Assembly (NCBI GenBank): GCA_963751275.1
Contig: CAVVTZ010000007.1
Location: forward strand, 576,001-640,000
Length of the DNA stretch: 64,000 bases
DNA from: an uncultured Gemmatimonadaceae bacterium
Lineage (GTDB): Bacteria > Gemmatimonadota > Gemmatimonadetes > Gemmatimonadales > Gemmatimonadaceae
Direction of reading: 5' to 3'
In this document: positions 54,536 to 64,000 of the stretch, piece by piece
How the letters are laid out: each line of letters opens with the position of its first letter
How positions within the stretch are numbered: the first letter of the stretch is position 1
Notes under the pieces: model-generated
Databases searched by the model: none
Seen by the model: the letters and a program-made list of their open reading frames with translations, nothing else
Told to the model about the DNA's origin: nothing
Program-made: the position numbers and the translations under genes

Positions 54536-56878
54536 TTGGCCACGCCGATCGTTCTGTCGAAGAACTCCAATATCCGCCGGTACTCATCCATCCACGACGT
54601 GGGCCGCACGAAGCCGTGATCCTCGTTCGGGTACGGCTGCCACTCCCAGCCGGTCTTCTGCTCTTCGATCAGCTTCTGGACCAGCTCGACATCGTCCTGG
54701 AAGTGCACATTGGTGTCGATCATGCCGTGCAGGATGAGCAGCGGACGTTCGAGGCCCTGCGTGAAGAAGATCGGCGACGAGATGCGATAGGCGACGGTGT
54801 CGACATCCGGCTGGCCGAGGATGCGCGACGTGTACCAGTGGTTGTAGTTGTTCCAGTTGCTGACCGAGCGGATGGCCGCGCCGGCGCCGAAATGCTTGGG
54901 CTCGGTGAACATCGCCATGAGCGTCATGAAGCCGCCGTAGCTGCCGCCGTACATGCCCACGCGCATGGGCGGGATGCCGAAGGTCGCCTGCAAGTACTTG
55001 GACGCGTCCACTTCGTCCTGCAGGTCGCGCCCGCCCATGTGGTGCCAGATCGCCACGCGCCAATCGCGCCCGTAGCCCTCGGACGCGCGGTAATCCGCGT
55101 CGAGCACCACATAGCCTTTGCTCGCGAGCAGCTGGTTGAACATGTACTCGCGGAAATACGACGGACCACCAGTTGTTCGACGTTGTGCAGGTAGCCCGCG
55201 CCGTGCACGAAGATCACCGCGGCGCCGTTCGGCTTCGCGCCCATGTCCGCCGGACGGTAGATGCGCGCCGGCACCTTCGCGCCGTCGCTCGCGGGGATCC
55301 ACACGATCTCGGGCGCGAGCCACTTGTGCGACCGCCACTGCGCCGTGGGGCTCGTGGTGAGCTGCGACTCGGCGGCGCCCGGCGCGAACTTCATCAGGTA
55401 CAGCTCGGGCGGCTTGTTCGAGAAGGAGTAGACGTCCGCGATCATCTTCCCGTCGGGGGAGATCTCGGTGTCGTGCTCGCCCACCATGGACGTGATCATC
55501 TCGCGCGCGCCGCCGGCTCCGCCGTTCACCGGCATGCGGTAGAGCTGATGCTCGAACCACGACTTCTCGCTCGTGGTGAGGTAGAACCACTTCCGGTCGT
55601 CGGACATGTCGATGTTCACCACTTCCCACTTGCCGCTGGTGAGCTGCTTGCGGTTGCTGCCGTCGGGCGCGATCGAGTAGAGGTGCGCCCAACCATTGGC
55701 CTCCGAGGCGTACCAGATCGCCTTGCCGCCGTCGATCCAGCCGGCGTTGCCGAATGAGGGGCCGTCCACCCACGTGGTGTCGGTGAGCACGTCCACCGCC
55801 TTCAGCGTGCCGGAGTCCCCGCTCATGGTGTACAGGATCCGCTGGTGCCAGTCGAACGGCACCGCGAGGAGCAGCGCCTGCGTGCCGGCGTCGTTCCAGC
55901 CGATCATGGCCGCGATCGCGGGGGACGCACGGTGTCGGATGGCGTGACTTTCAGCCACTTGGTGTCGCCGGAAGGCAGCGACATGAATGCCACGCGCCCG
56001 CCGTTCTGCACGTCGCCCACCTTCTCGCGGCCGCGGATGTCCTCGGTGTACCCGGTCTTGGTGACGAACTGCGGCACCTCGGTGTTCTTCGCCTTGTCGC
56101 CGGCGGGGATGGTCGTGGTGATCACGGCCGCCTTGCCGCTGGGCGACACGGTGATCGACGTGACGCGCTCATCCTTGCCCAGCCAGAGCGTCTTGGGCCA
56201 GAACGATTCGCGAAGCGTCTTCTCGATCTTGGCGAGCGAGTCCTGCAGCAGCTTGTCGCGCACCACCTGCATCAGGAACTTCTGCTGCGCCTCGAGCGCC
56301 GCGCGCTGTCCCTTCGGCACGTCCGGCTCCTTCGGCTCGGGGCCGCCGCGGATGTCGGTGAGTTGGCGTTGCGCGCCATCCACGAGATCGATGGAGTAGG
56401 CGTTGCCATCGCGCGTGTACGTCACCACGTTCGAGCCCGCATTGAAATGCGGATCGCTCTCACGCGCGAGGGTCTGCGTGAGGCGGCGCACGCGCGCGGT
56501 CTTCTGGTCGACGAGGTAGATGTCGCCGTTCGATTCCACCGCGCGCCATTGCCGGTTCGGCGAGAGTTCGCCGTGCGCGATCGAGGGACCCACCGTGTCC
56601 ATGTGCGCGAGCGTCATGCGCTCGGGCTTCGCGCCGGCCTCGGCCCTCACGCGATACGGATGGTTCGGCTCGCGCCAGTCGGTGCCCGGCTCGACCCACC
56701 AGAAGTAGATCCACTTCCCATTGGCGGTCCAACGCGGCCGCTCGGGCGGCCGGCCCACCACTTCGGTGCCGCGCATGATGCTGGGCACGGTGAGCGGGAA
56801 CGAATCCGCGGATTGCTGCGCCGCCGCGGAGACGGCGGCGAACAGGACGAGCATCGGAGCGGCGAGTCGGATCTTCAT
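54532..56878 (-). CDS. Secreted S9 (prolyl oligopeptidase/DPP IV-like) peptidase (frameshifted)
   Basis: Signal peptide; GGSYGG, HGMIDTNV, EDHGF; propeller region. Confidence 0.9.
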
Positions 56879-56928
56879 GGTGAGTCGGATCGGGTGGAGG
56901 GACGCATTCGGATGTCGTGTTACTACGC

Positions 56929-58969
56929 TCACTCGTTCACGAACGCTGTGCGCGGCTGGAAGGGGATCTCGGTATCGACCACCGGGCGCCGGTGCTGGTA
57001 CGCGCGATACCAATCGCGCATTGAATAACCGAGAATGAGAACGAACGACGCCATGAAGAACGCGGCGACCGCGCTGTCGAGGTAATCGTTGAAGATGAGG
57101 CGCGCGGTGCTGCCGGTATGCGCCGCGGCCGCGGTCTGCGCTGCGTGGGCGAGGAAGCCCAGCCGCGGGTCGGACGAGAAGATCTTCTCCGCGCCAGCTG
57201 TGAGCGTGACCAGCGCGAGCCACGCGAGCGGCAGCCCGGTGACCCACGCGTACTTCCCCTTGCCACGATTGATGATCACAGTGGTGCCCACGCACAGCGC
57301 GACCGCGGCGAGCAGTTGGTTGGAGATCCCGAAGAGCGGCCAGAGCGAGTTGATCCCGCCAAGCGGATCGAGCACGCCCTGGTACAGGAAGTGCCCCCAC
57401 ATCGCGACGAAGATCGCGCTCGAGAGGATCACCGCGGGATACCACTGCGCGCGGCCGAAGGGTTCCCACGCATGGCGGCCCAGGTCCTGCAGCATGAAGC
57501 GGCCGACGCGCGTGCCGGCGTCGAGGGTCGTGAGGATGAACAGCGCCTCGAACATGATCGCGAAGTGGTACCAGAGCGCCAGCGTGCCGGCGCCGCCGAG
57601 CGCCTTCGCGAAGAGCGCGGCCATGCCGACGGCGAGGCTCGGCGCGCCGCCGGTGCGCGAGAGCAGCGACACCTCCTGCACCTGCGCCGTGAGCGCGCGG
57701 AATTGTTCCGGCTCGAAGGTGAATCCCCACGCGGCGATCGCGTGGGCGGCGCTCTCCGGCGTCGTGCCGAGCAGCGCGGCCGGCGCGTTGATCGCGAAGT
57801 ACGTGCCCGGCGTCAGCGAGCAGGCGGCGATGAGCGCCATCACCGCCACCATCGATTCCATCAGCATGCCGCCGTAGCCGACGAAGCGCGCGTCCGTTTC
57901 GCGGTCGATCATCTTGGGCGTCGTGCCCGACGCGATGAGCGCGTGCAAGCCGGAGATCGCGCCGCACGCGATCGTGATGAAGGCGAAGGGGAAGAGCTTC
58001 CCGGCGAAGATCGGCCCCGTACCGTCGATGAACCGCGTGAGCGCCGGCATCTGCAGCGGCGGCAGCGCCACGACGATCCCAACCGCGAGCCCCAGCACCA
58101 CGCCGATCTTCACGATCGCCGACAGGTAGTCGCGCGGCGCGAGCAGCAGCCACACCGGCACCACGCTCGCGACGAAGCCGTATGCCATGATGAGCAGCGC
58201 GATCGCGGTGCCGCTCAGCGTGAAGGCCGGCGCCAGATCGGGGCGCTCCGCCACCCAGCGGCCCGCGAACAGCGCCGCGGCGAGCAGCACGATCCCGATC
58301 GCGGTGGCCTCGAGCACCCGGCCCGGGCCGGAACCAGCGCAGATACACACCCATGAACATCGCGATCGGGATGGTCAGTCCGATCGTCACCAGCCCCCAC
58401 GGGCTCTGCTTGAGCGCGTTCACCACCACGAGCCCCAGCACGGACATGAGCACGATCATGATGCCGAGCAGCGAGACGAGCGCGGTGAAGCCGGGCACCG
58501 GCCCGATCTCATCCTTCACCATCTGGCCGAGCGACTTTCCGTCGCGGCGCATGCTCGCGCAGAGGATCACGAAGTCCTGCACCGCGCCGCCCAGCGCGAC
58601 GCCCACGATGATCCAGAGCGCGCCCGGGAGGAATCCGAATTGCGCGGCCAGCGTCGGGCCCACGAGCGGGCCCGGGCCCGCGATCGCGGCGAAGTGGTGG
58701 CCGAAGACGATCCATTTGTTCGTGGGCACGAAATCCCGGCCGTCATCGAGGCGGACGGCGGGCGTCGCCCGCGTCGCGTCGAGCGCGAACACCTTCGCGG
58801 CGATGAACTTCGAGTAGAACCGGTAGGCGACGGCGTAGGTGCAGACCGCGGCCGTGACGAGCCACGCCGCGTTCACGGGCTCGTCGTGCGCGAGCGCGAT
58901 CCAGGCGAACGCGAGGGCGCCGAGCGCGGCGATGATGATCCAGACGAGCACACCCGCGAGACGGCGCAT
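56929..58969 (-). CDS. cstA: Carbon starvation protein CstA-family transporter (frameshift near 58350)
   Basis: GHHFAAIAGPGPLVGP, LLAPRDYLS, IACGAISG, LWPLFGISNQLLA. Confidence 0.95.
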
Positions 58970-59072
58970 GGCGCGAAGATGCCGGTCGGCCGCGGCGGTG
59001 ACAAGTACGCGCTCCGACTAGTCTCTCCTATGGCGCGCCACTAGCTTTCCTCCAACCTCCCAGGACGGGATC

Positions 59073-59756
59073 GTGAAGACACCACTGCTCTCCCTCGCCG
59101 CGCTCCCGGCGCTCGCGCTCCTCGCGGGCGTGAGCGCGGCGCGCGCGCAGTCCATGAGCGCACAGGATTCCGAAGCCGTGATCGCCGCCGGCGAGCACGC
59201 GCCCCTCGCGCCGATGGCGGGACGCAAGCTGGTGGTCGTGCCCACGGCGTATCTGCTCGAGGCCGATCCGATGGGCTGGGCGATCCAGATCCCGGATGAG
59301 AAGCAGTACCTCGCCGACTTCGACGCGGAGCTCGCCTTCGCCCTCGCCGATCGCGGGCTCAAGAACGTCTGGGTCATGTACGACAAGCTGCCGCGCGAGT
59401 ACAAGCGCAACCCGGATTACATGGCCGACCCGTACCACCTCTCCGCCGATTTCCTGCGCTATCCGGGCCCCAAGAAGGCCATTCCGTACATGCCCGATCC
59501 GCTGGCGTCGCAGCTCCGCTCGATCACGGCCATGAACGACAAGTCCGAGTTCATCCTGTTCCCGATCGAGATCCGGTTCATCCCCGCGGAGAACGGCAAG
59601 GGCGGACGCGCGGCGCTCCGCGCGGCGGTCATCGATCCGCGCCGCCTCACCACTCTCTGGATGGCCGACGTCTACAGCGACGACGAGGAGAAGTTCACGC
59701 CCGCGCTGCTGACCAGCCTCGCCGAGCATCTCGCGAACCTTTTCGCGAAGCCCTGA
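59073..59756 (+). CDS. Hypothetical exported protein
   Basis: Signal peptide (ARA|Q), host-like codon usage. Confidence 0.7.
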   Translation: MKTPLLSLAALPALALLAGVSAARAQSMSAQDSEAVIAAGEHAPLAPMAGRKLVVVPTAYLLEADPMGWAIQIPDEKQYLADFDAELAFALADRGLKNVWVMYDKLPREYKRNPDYMADPYHLSADFLRYPGPKKAIPYMPDPLASQLRSITAMNDKSEFILFPIEIRFIPAENGKGGRAALRAAVIDPRRLTTLWMADVYSDDEEKFTPALLTSLAEHLANLFAKP

Positions 59757-59773
59757 GCCTCCCACACGGTAGC

Positions 59774-60793
59774 ATGCCGAAGAAGACTCCCGTCACACTG
59801 ATCCCCGGCGACGGGATCGGCCCCGAGATCACCGAAGCCACCGTCCGCGTCCTCGCCGCCGCGGGCGCGTCGCTCGACTGGGACCGCCAGCTCGGCGGCG
59901 TCGCGGCCGTGAACGCGGTCGGCACGCCGATCCCCGACGCGACGCTCGCGTCGATCGCGCGCACGCGCCTCGCGCTCAAGGGCCCGCTCGAGACCCCGGT
60001 GGGCAAGGGCTTCCGCAGCGTGAACGTCGCGATCCGGCGGGAATTCGACCTCTACGCGAACGTGCGTCCTGCGCACACGATCGTCCCGGGCCGTTTCGAC
60101 GGGATCGACATCGTGCTCGTGCGCGAGAACACGGAGGGCCTCTACAGTGGCGTGGAGCATTTCGTGCGCGTCGGCGACGACGAGCAGGCGGTGGCCGAGT
60201 CGGCCGCGATCATCACGCGGCTCGGCTCGGAGCGCATCGTGCGCTACGCGTTCGAGTACGCGGTGCGCCACGGCCGCAAGAACGTGACGCTCGTGCACAA
60301 GGCGAACATCCTCAAGCTCTCGCAGGGCCTCTTCCTCGAGAGCGGGCGCAAGATCGCGAAGGAATACGAGGGGCGCGTGACGTGCGACGAGCGGATCATC
60401 GATGCCACGGCGATGCATCTCGTGCTGCATCCCGAGAAGTTCGATGTGATCGTGACGACGAACCTCTTCGGCGACATCCTCTCGGACCTCATCTCGGGGC
60501 TCGTCGGCGGGCTGGGGCTGTCGCCCGGCGCCAATATCGGCGTGAACGCGGCGGTGTTCGAGGCGGTGCACGGAACCGCGCCCGACATCGCGGGGAAGAA
60601 CGTCGCGAACCCCGGCGCGCTGCTCATGGCGGCGTGCCTGCTGCTCGAGCACATTGGCGACGGCGCGCGCGCCAAGCGCATCGTGGATGCCTTCGAGGCG
60701 GTGATCCGCGAGAAGACGCATGCCACGCGCGACCTCGGCGGCACCGCCGGCACCTCGCAGTTCGCGGACGCCATCATCGCGCGCCTCGGGTGA
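59774..60793 (+). CDS. Isocitrate/isopropylmalate dehydrogenase family protein
   Basis: IPGDGIGPE, RENTEGLY, HKANI, NLFGDILSD, FEAVHGTAPDIAG. Confidence 0.93.
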   Translation: MPKKTPVTLIPGDGIGPEITEATVRVLAAAGASLDWDRQLGGVAAVNAVGTPIPDATLASIARTRLALKGPLETPVGKGFRSVNVAIRREFDLYANVRPAHTIVPGRFDGIDIVLVRENTEGLYSGVEHFVRVGDDEQAVAESAAIITRLGSERIVRYAFEYAVRHGRKNVTLVHKANILKLSQGLFLESGRKIAKEYEGRVTCDERIIDATAMHLVLHPEKFDVIVTTNLFGDILSDLISGLVGGLGLSPGANIGVNAAVFEAVHGTAPDIAGKNVANPGALLMAACLLLEHIGDGARAKRIVDAFEAVIREKTHATRDLGGTAGTSQFADAIIARLG

Positions 60794-61611
60794 CCTCCGT
60801 CCTGCACGTCTCCGATCTGCATTTCGGGAAGCCGAGCGTCCCGGAGCGGGTCGAGGCGATCGAGCAGCTGATCCGCGCGGAGCGCTTCGACGTGGTGGCC
60901 GTGAGCGGCGACATCAGCCAGCGCGCGCGCGCGAAGGAACTGCGCCGCGGGCGCGTGTTCCTCGATGACGCGGCGAAGGTGTCGGAGACCATCGTCGTGC
61001 CCGGCAATCATGATGTGAAGTGGTGGCGCGACCCGGTGGGGCTCGGCTCGCGCACATTGTCGTTCGCGGCGTACCGGCAATTCGTCGCGGCGGATCTCGA
61101 GCCGGTGCTGCAGGTGCCCGGCGCGACGTTCGTGGGCCTCAACACGGCGCACGGCGTGCAGCCGCACACGCTCACCTGGAACCCGCGCGACATTGGCGTG
61201 GTGGGCGACCTGCGCGATGACCAGATCGCGCGCGCCCGCGCCGCCTTCGACGCGGCGCCCCGCGGCGATGCGCACGCGATCGTGATGCACCACAACCTCG
61301 TGAAGGGCGACCTCTCGCGGCGCCATGGGCTCGCACATACGCGGCGCGCGACGGAGGGGATCGCGGCGTTCCGCGTGGACCTCATTCTCTGCGGCCACGA
61401 CCACCAGGAAGCCGTGCACCTGATCCCGAACGCTGGGAACGGCACCGTGGTCTCCACCGCCGGCACCATCTCGAGCCGCTCCCGCGGCCACCGCCCGAGC
61501 AGCGTGAACGTGATCACCATCGCGCCGGCGGAGATCGTGGTGCACGTGCGCATTCGGGATCCCGCGTCGCGGACTTTTCCCGACGGGCCGGTGCACCGGT
61601 TCGCGCGATAG
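60790..61611 (+). CDS. Calcineurin-like metallophosphoesterase
   Basis: SDLHFG, SGD, PGNHD, MHH, GHDH. Confidence 0.9.
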   Translation: MTSVLHVSDLHFGKPSVPERVEAIEQLIRAERFDVVAVSGDISQRARAKELRRGRVFLDDAAKVSETIVVPGNHDVKWWRDPVGLGSRTLSFAAYRQFVAADLEPVLQVPGATFVGLNTAHGVQPHTLTWNPRDIGVVGDLRDDQIARARAAFDAAPRGDAHAIVMHHNLVKGDLSRRHGLAHTRRATEGIAAFRVDLILCGHDHQEAVHLIPNAGNGTVVSTAGTISSRSRGHRPSSVNVITIAPAEIVVHVRIRDPASRTFPDGPVHRFAR

Positions 61612-61647
61612 GCCTTGGGGCGTCGCGCTCCGCGACGCTCTGCGGAG

Positions 61648-61863
61648 ATCACGATTTCAAGTTTCGACCGGATCAACCGGATGATTCGGATCGCTCGGAT
61701 ACTTCCTCGAGGCGATGGCACTCGTCGTGCAGCGGCGGAGCGGTGCAGTTGTGGTTTACAACAATTCAGGCCCTCGACTCGTCTCGCGGGCACGGAGGCG
61801 CACTCGGGCGTATCCGAATGATCCGAATCATCCGGTTGATCCGGTCGAAACTTCGACCGTGAT
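61648..61863. repeat. MITE/REPIN-like element with ~55-bp inverted arms of 9-mer CGGAT units
   Basis: aagtttcgaccggatcaaccggatgattcggatc ... gatccgaatcatccggttgatccggtcgaaactt. Confidence 0.85.
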
Positions 61864-61942
61864 GTCAGTCAATCCCCGACGTGCGTGAGGCTCCAAGGAA
61901 CTCGGAGTACCCAACACCACTCGCCCACGGTAACTTTCCCGC

Positions 61943-63122
61943 ATGCAAGATTTCTTCAACATTGACAGCGCTCTCCACGAGGATGAGCGCGCGGTGCGCG
62001 ATTCGGTGCGCGCGTTCGTGGACGAGAAGGTCCTTCCCATCATCGGCAAGTGCTACGTGGAGGGGCGTTTCCCCAAGGAACTGGTCCCGGACGATGGGCG
62101 AACTCGGCGTGCTCGGGCGCCAATCTCCCCGAGGAATACGGCTGCGCCGGGCTCAACAACGTCTCGTACGGCCTGATCATGCAGGAGCTCGAGCGCGGCG
62201 ACTCCGGCATCCGCTCGCTTCGCGAGCGTGCAGGGCGCGCTCGTCATGTATCCGATCTACGCGTTCGGCACCGACGAGCAGAAGAAGGAATGGCTGCCGA
62301 AGATGGCGAGCGGCAAGGTCATCGGCTGCTTCGGTCTCACCGAGCCGGACTTCGGCTCGAATCCCGAGCGGCATGATCACGATGGCCAAGGAGCAGAAGG
62401 ACGGCTCCTGGGTGCTGAACGGCGCCAAGATGTGGATCACGAACGGCAGCCAGGCCCACGTCGCCGTCGTGTGGGCGAAAACGAACGGCGACAAGGACCA
62501 GAAGTCCGATTCGCGGCTTCATCGTCCCGACGAACACGAAAGGCTTCACCGCCAAGGACCAGAAGGGGAAGCTCTCCCTGCGCGCGAGCGACACGAGCGA
62601 GCTCGTGCTGCAGGACGTGCATCTCCCCGCCGACGCGATCCTCCCCAAGAGCGGCGGCCTCAAGAGCCCGCTCATGTGCCTCACGCAGGCGCGCTACGGG
62701 ATTCAGCTGGGGCGTGCTCGGCGCCGCGATGGCCTGCTTCGAAGAGGCGTTCGAGCTATTCGAAGACGCGCGTGATGTTCGGCAAACCGATCGGCGGCTT
62801 CCAGATCCAGCAGGTGCGCCTCGCCGACATGCTCACCGAACTCACGAAGGGACAACTCGTGTGCCTGCACCTGGGCCGCATGAAGGACGCGGGCACGATG
62901 ACGCCGCAGCAGGTGTCGCTCGCCAAGCGCAACAATGTGTCGATGGCGGCGGACATCGCGCGCGAAGCGCGGAGGCTCCTCGGCGCGAACGGCATCCTCG
63001 CGGAATACGCGAGCATGAGGCACATGGCGAATCTGGAATCCGTGTACACATACGAGGGTACGCATGACGTGCACTCCCTCGTGTTGGGACAGGCCATCAC
63101 AGGACTCTCCGCCTTTGAGTGA
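61943..63122 (+). CDS. Acyl-CoA dehydrogenase, glutaryl-CoA dehydrogenase-like (several frameshifts)
   Basis: [44 protein letters not shown]. Confidence 0.9.
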
Positions 63123-63126
63123 ACAA

Positions 63127-63234
63127 CCGGGAACCGATTGCCGGGAACCGATGTGGCATGACAATGCATGGAACGAGCGGTCATTCGTTGCCATGCCTCA
63201 CCGGTTCCCGGACGATCGGTTCCCGGCCTTTTTT
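63127..63234 (+). terminator. Large hairpin of 14-bp CCGGGAACCGAT repeats with a T6 tail
   Basis: Two direct copies inverted against two reverse-complement copies, then TTTTTT. Confidence 0.65.
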
Positions 63235-63246
63235 GGAGCGTAGCGA

Positions 63247-63999
63247 ATGAAGATCGCGGTGTTGATCAAGCGCGTCCCCGACATGGAATCCAAGTTCCGC
63301 GTCGGATCCGATGGCGTGTCCGTCGACGCGACCGGCCTCAAGTACGATTTCTCCGACTTCGATGGTTATGCCGTCGAAGCCGCATTGCAGATCAACGAGA
63401 AGCAGGGGCCCGGCGAGACGGTCGTGATCTCCCTCGGACCCGACGTCGTGCAGGAGACTCTGCGCAAAGCGATGAGCATGGGCGCCGAGCGCGCGGTGCA
63501 GCTCAAGGCCGACGTCGTGCCCGCCGACGGCTTTGCCATCGCGACGGCGCTCGCCGCCGAGCTCAAGGGCGGCGGCTACGATCTCATTCTCTTCGGGCGG
63601 ATGGCAATGGACACGTCGGCCGGCACGGTCGGCGCGATGACCGCCGAGCTGCTCGGGCTGCCGTGCGTCACCGCGGTGTCAAAGCTCGATGTCGCCGCGG
63701 GGAAGGGCACCGCGCGGCGCGAGCTCGAAGGCGCGGCGGAGATCGTGGAGTTCCCGCTGCCCGCGGTGGTCACGATCGATGAAGGCGTGGCGCGGCCGCG
63801 GTATCCCGCGCTCAAGGGGATCATGGCGGCGAAGAAGAAGCCGCTCGAGGTGAAGCCGGCGCAACTCGGTCCGGTGCATCTCACCGTCACGAAGATGGAA
63901 TTGCCGCCGGAGCGGAAGGCCGGCCGCATCATCGGCGAAGGTCCCGCGGCGGTGCCGGAGCTGATCCGGCTGCTGCGCGACGAAGCGAAGGTGCTCTAA
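63247..63999 (+). CDS. etfB: Electron transfer flavoprotein beta subunit
   Basis: IKRVPD, D.YAVEAAL, AMSMGA, PRYPALKGIMAAKKK. Confidence 0.94.
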   Translation: MKIAVLIKRVPDMESKFRVGSDGVSVDATGLKYDFSDFDGYAVEAALQINEKQGPGETVVISLGPDVVQETLRKAMSMGAERAVQLKADVVPADGFAIATALAAELKGGGYDLILFGRMAMDTSAGTVGAMTAELLGLPCVTAVSKLDVAAGKGTARRELEGAAEIVEFPLPAVVTIDEGVARPRYPALKGIMAAKKKPLEVKPAQLGPVHLTVTKMELPPERKAGRIIGEGPAAVPELIRLLRDEAKVL

Positions 64000-64000
64000 T

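Overview
GC-rich bacterial chromosome segment. Gene content and order (pilMNOPQ-lipoprotein-aroC-aroK-smg-topA-trmFO-xerC-hslVU, F0-only atp operon) suggest a Gemmatimonadota-like organism; this is an inference. About 14 housekeeping genes are split by single-base frameshifts, most likely uncorrected long-read errors. The window holds a type IV pilus assembly operon, a separate sigma54-type minor-pilin cluster with two tandem ~660-aa PilX-like paralogs, and metabolic and housekeeping genes. No rRNA, tRNA, CRISPR array or transposase was seen. Highlights: (1) a compositionally distinct island at ~30.8-34.3 kb with a 28-aa peptide ORF missing from the ORF track (MMHLLKAWAKLAKFMKNIPVDFATLNWG). 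It lies directly before a multi-TM HD-GYP phosphodiesterase that converges on a wHTH-BTAD-STAND regulator whose C-terminal half belongs to the same island. This is a candidate swappable peptide-signal/c-di-GMP system. (2) A 1-kb lipoprotein cassette between ridA and moxR bounded by diverged duplicate 3' ends of BOTH flanking genes. (3) A family of long palindromes built from 9-mer or 7-mer tandem units, with 7-mer arrays also inside the 5' ends of three CDSs. (4) A Rex-like operator overlapping the atp promoter.
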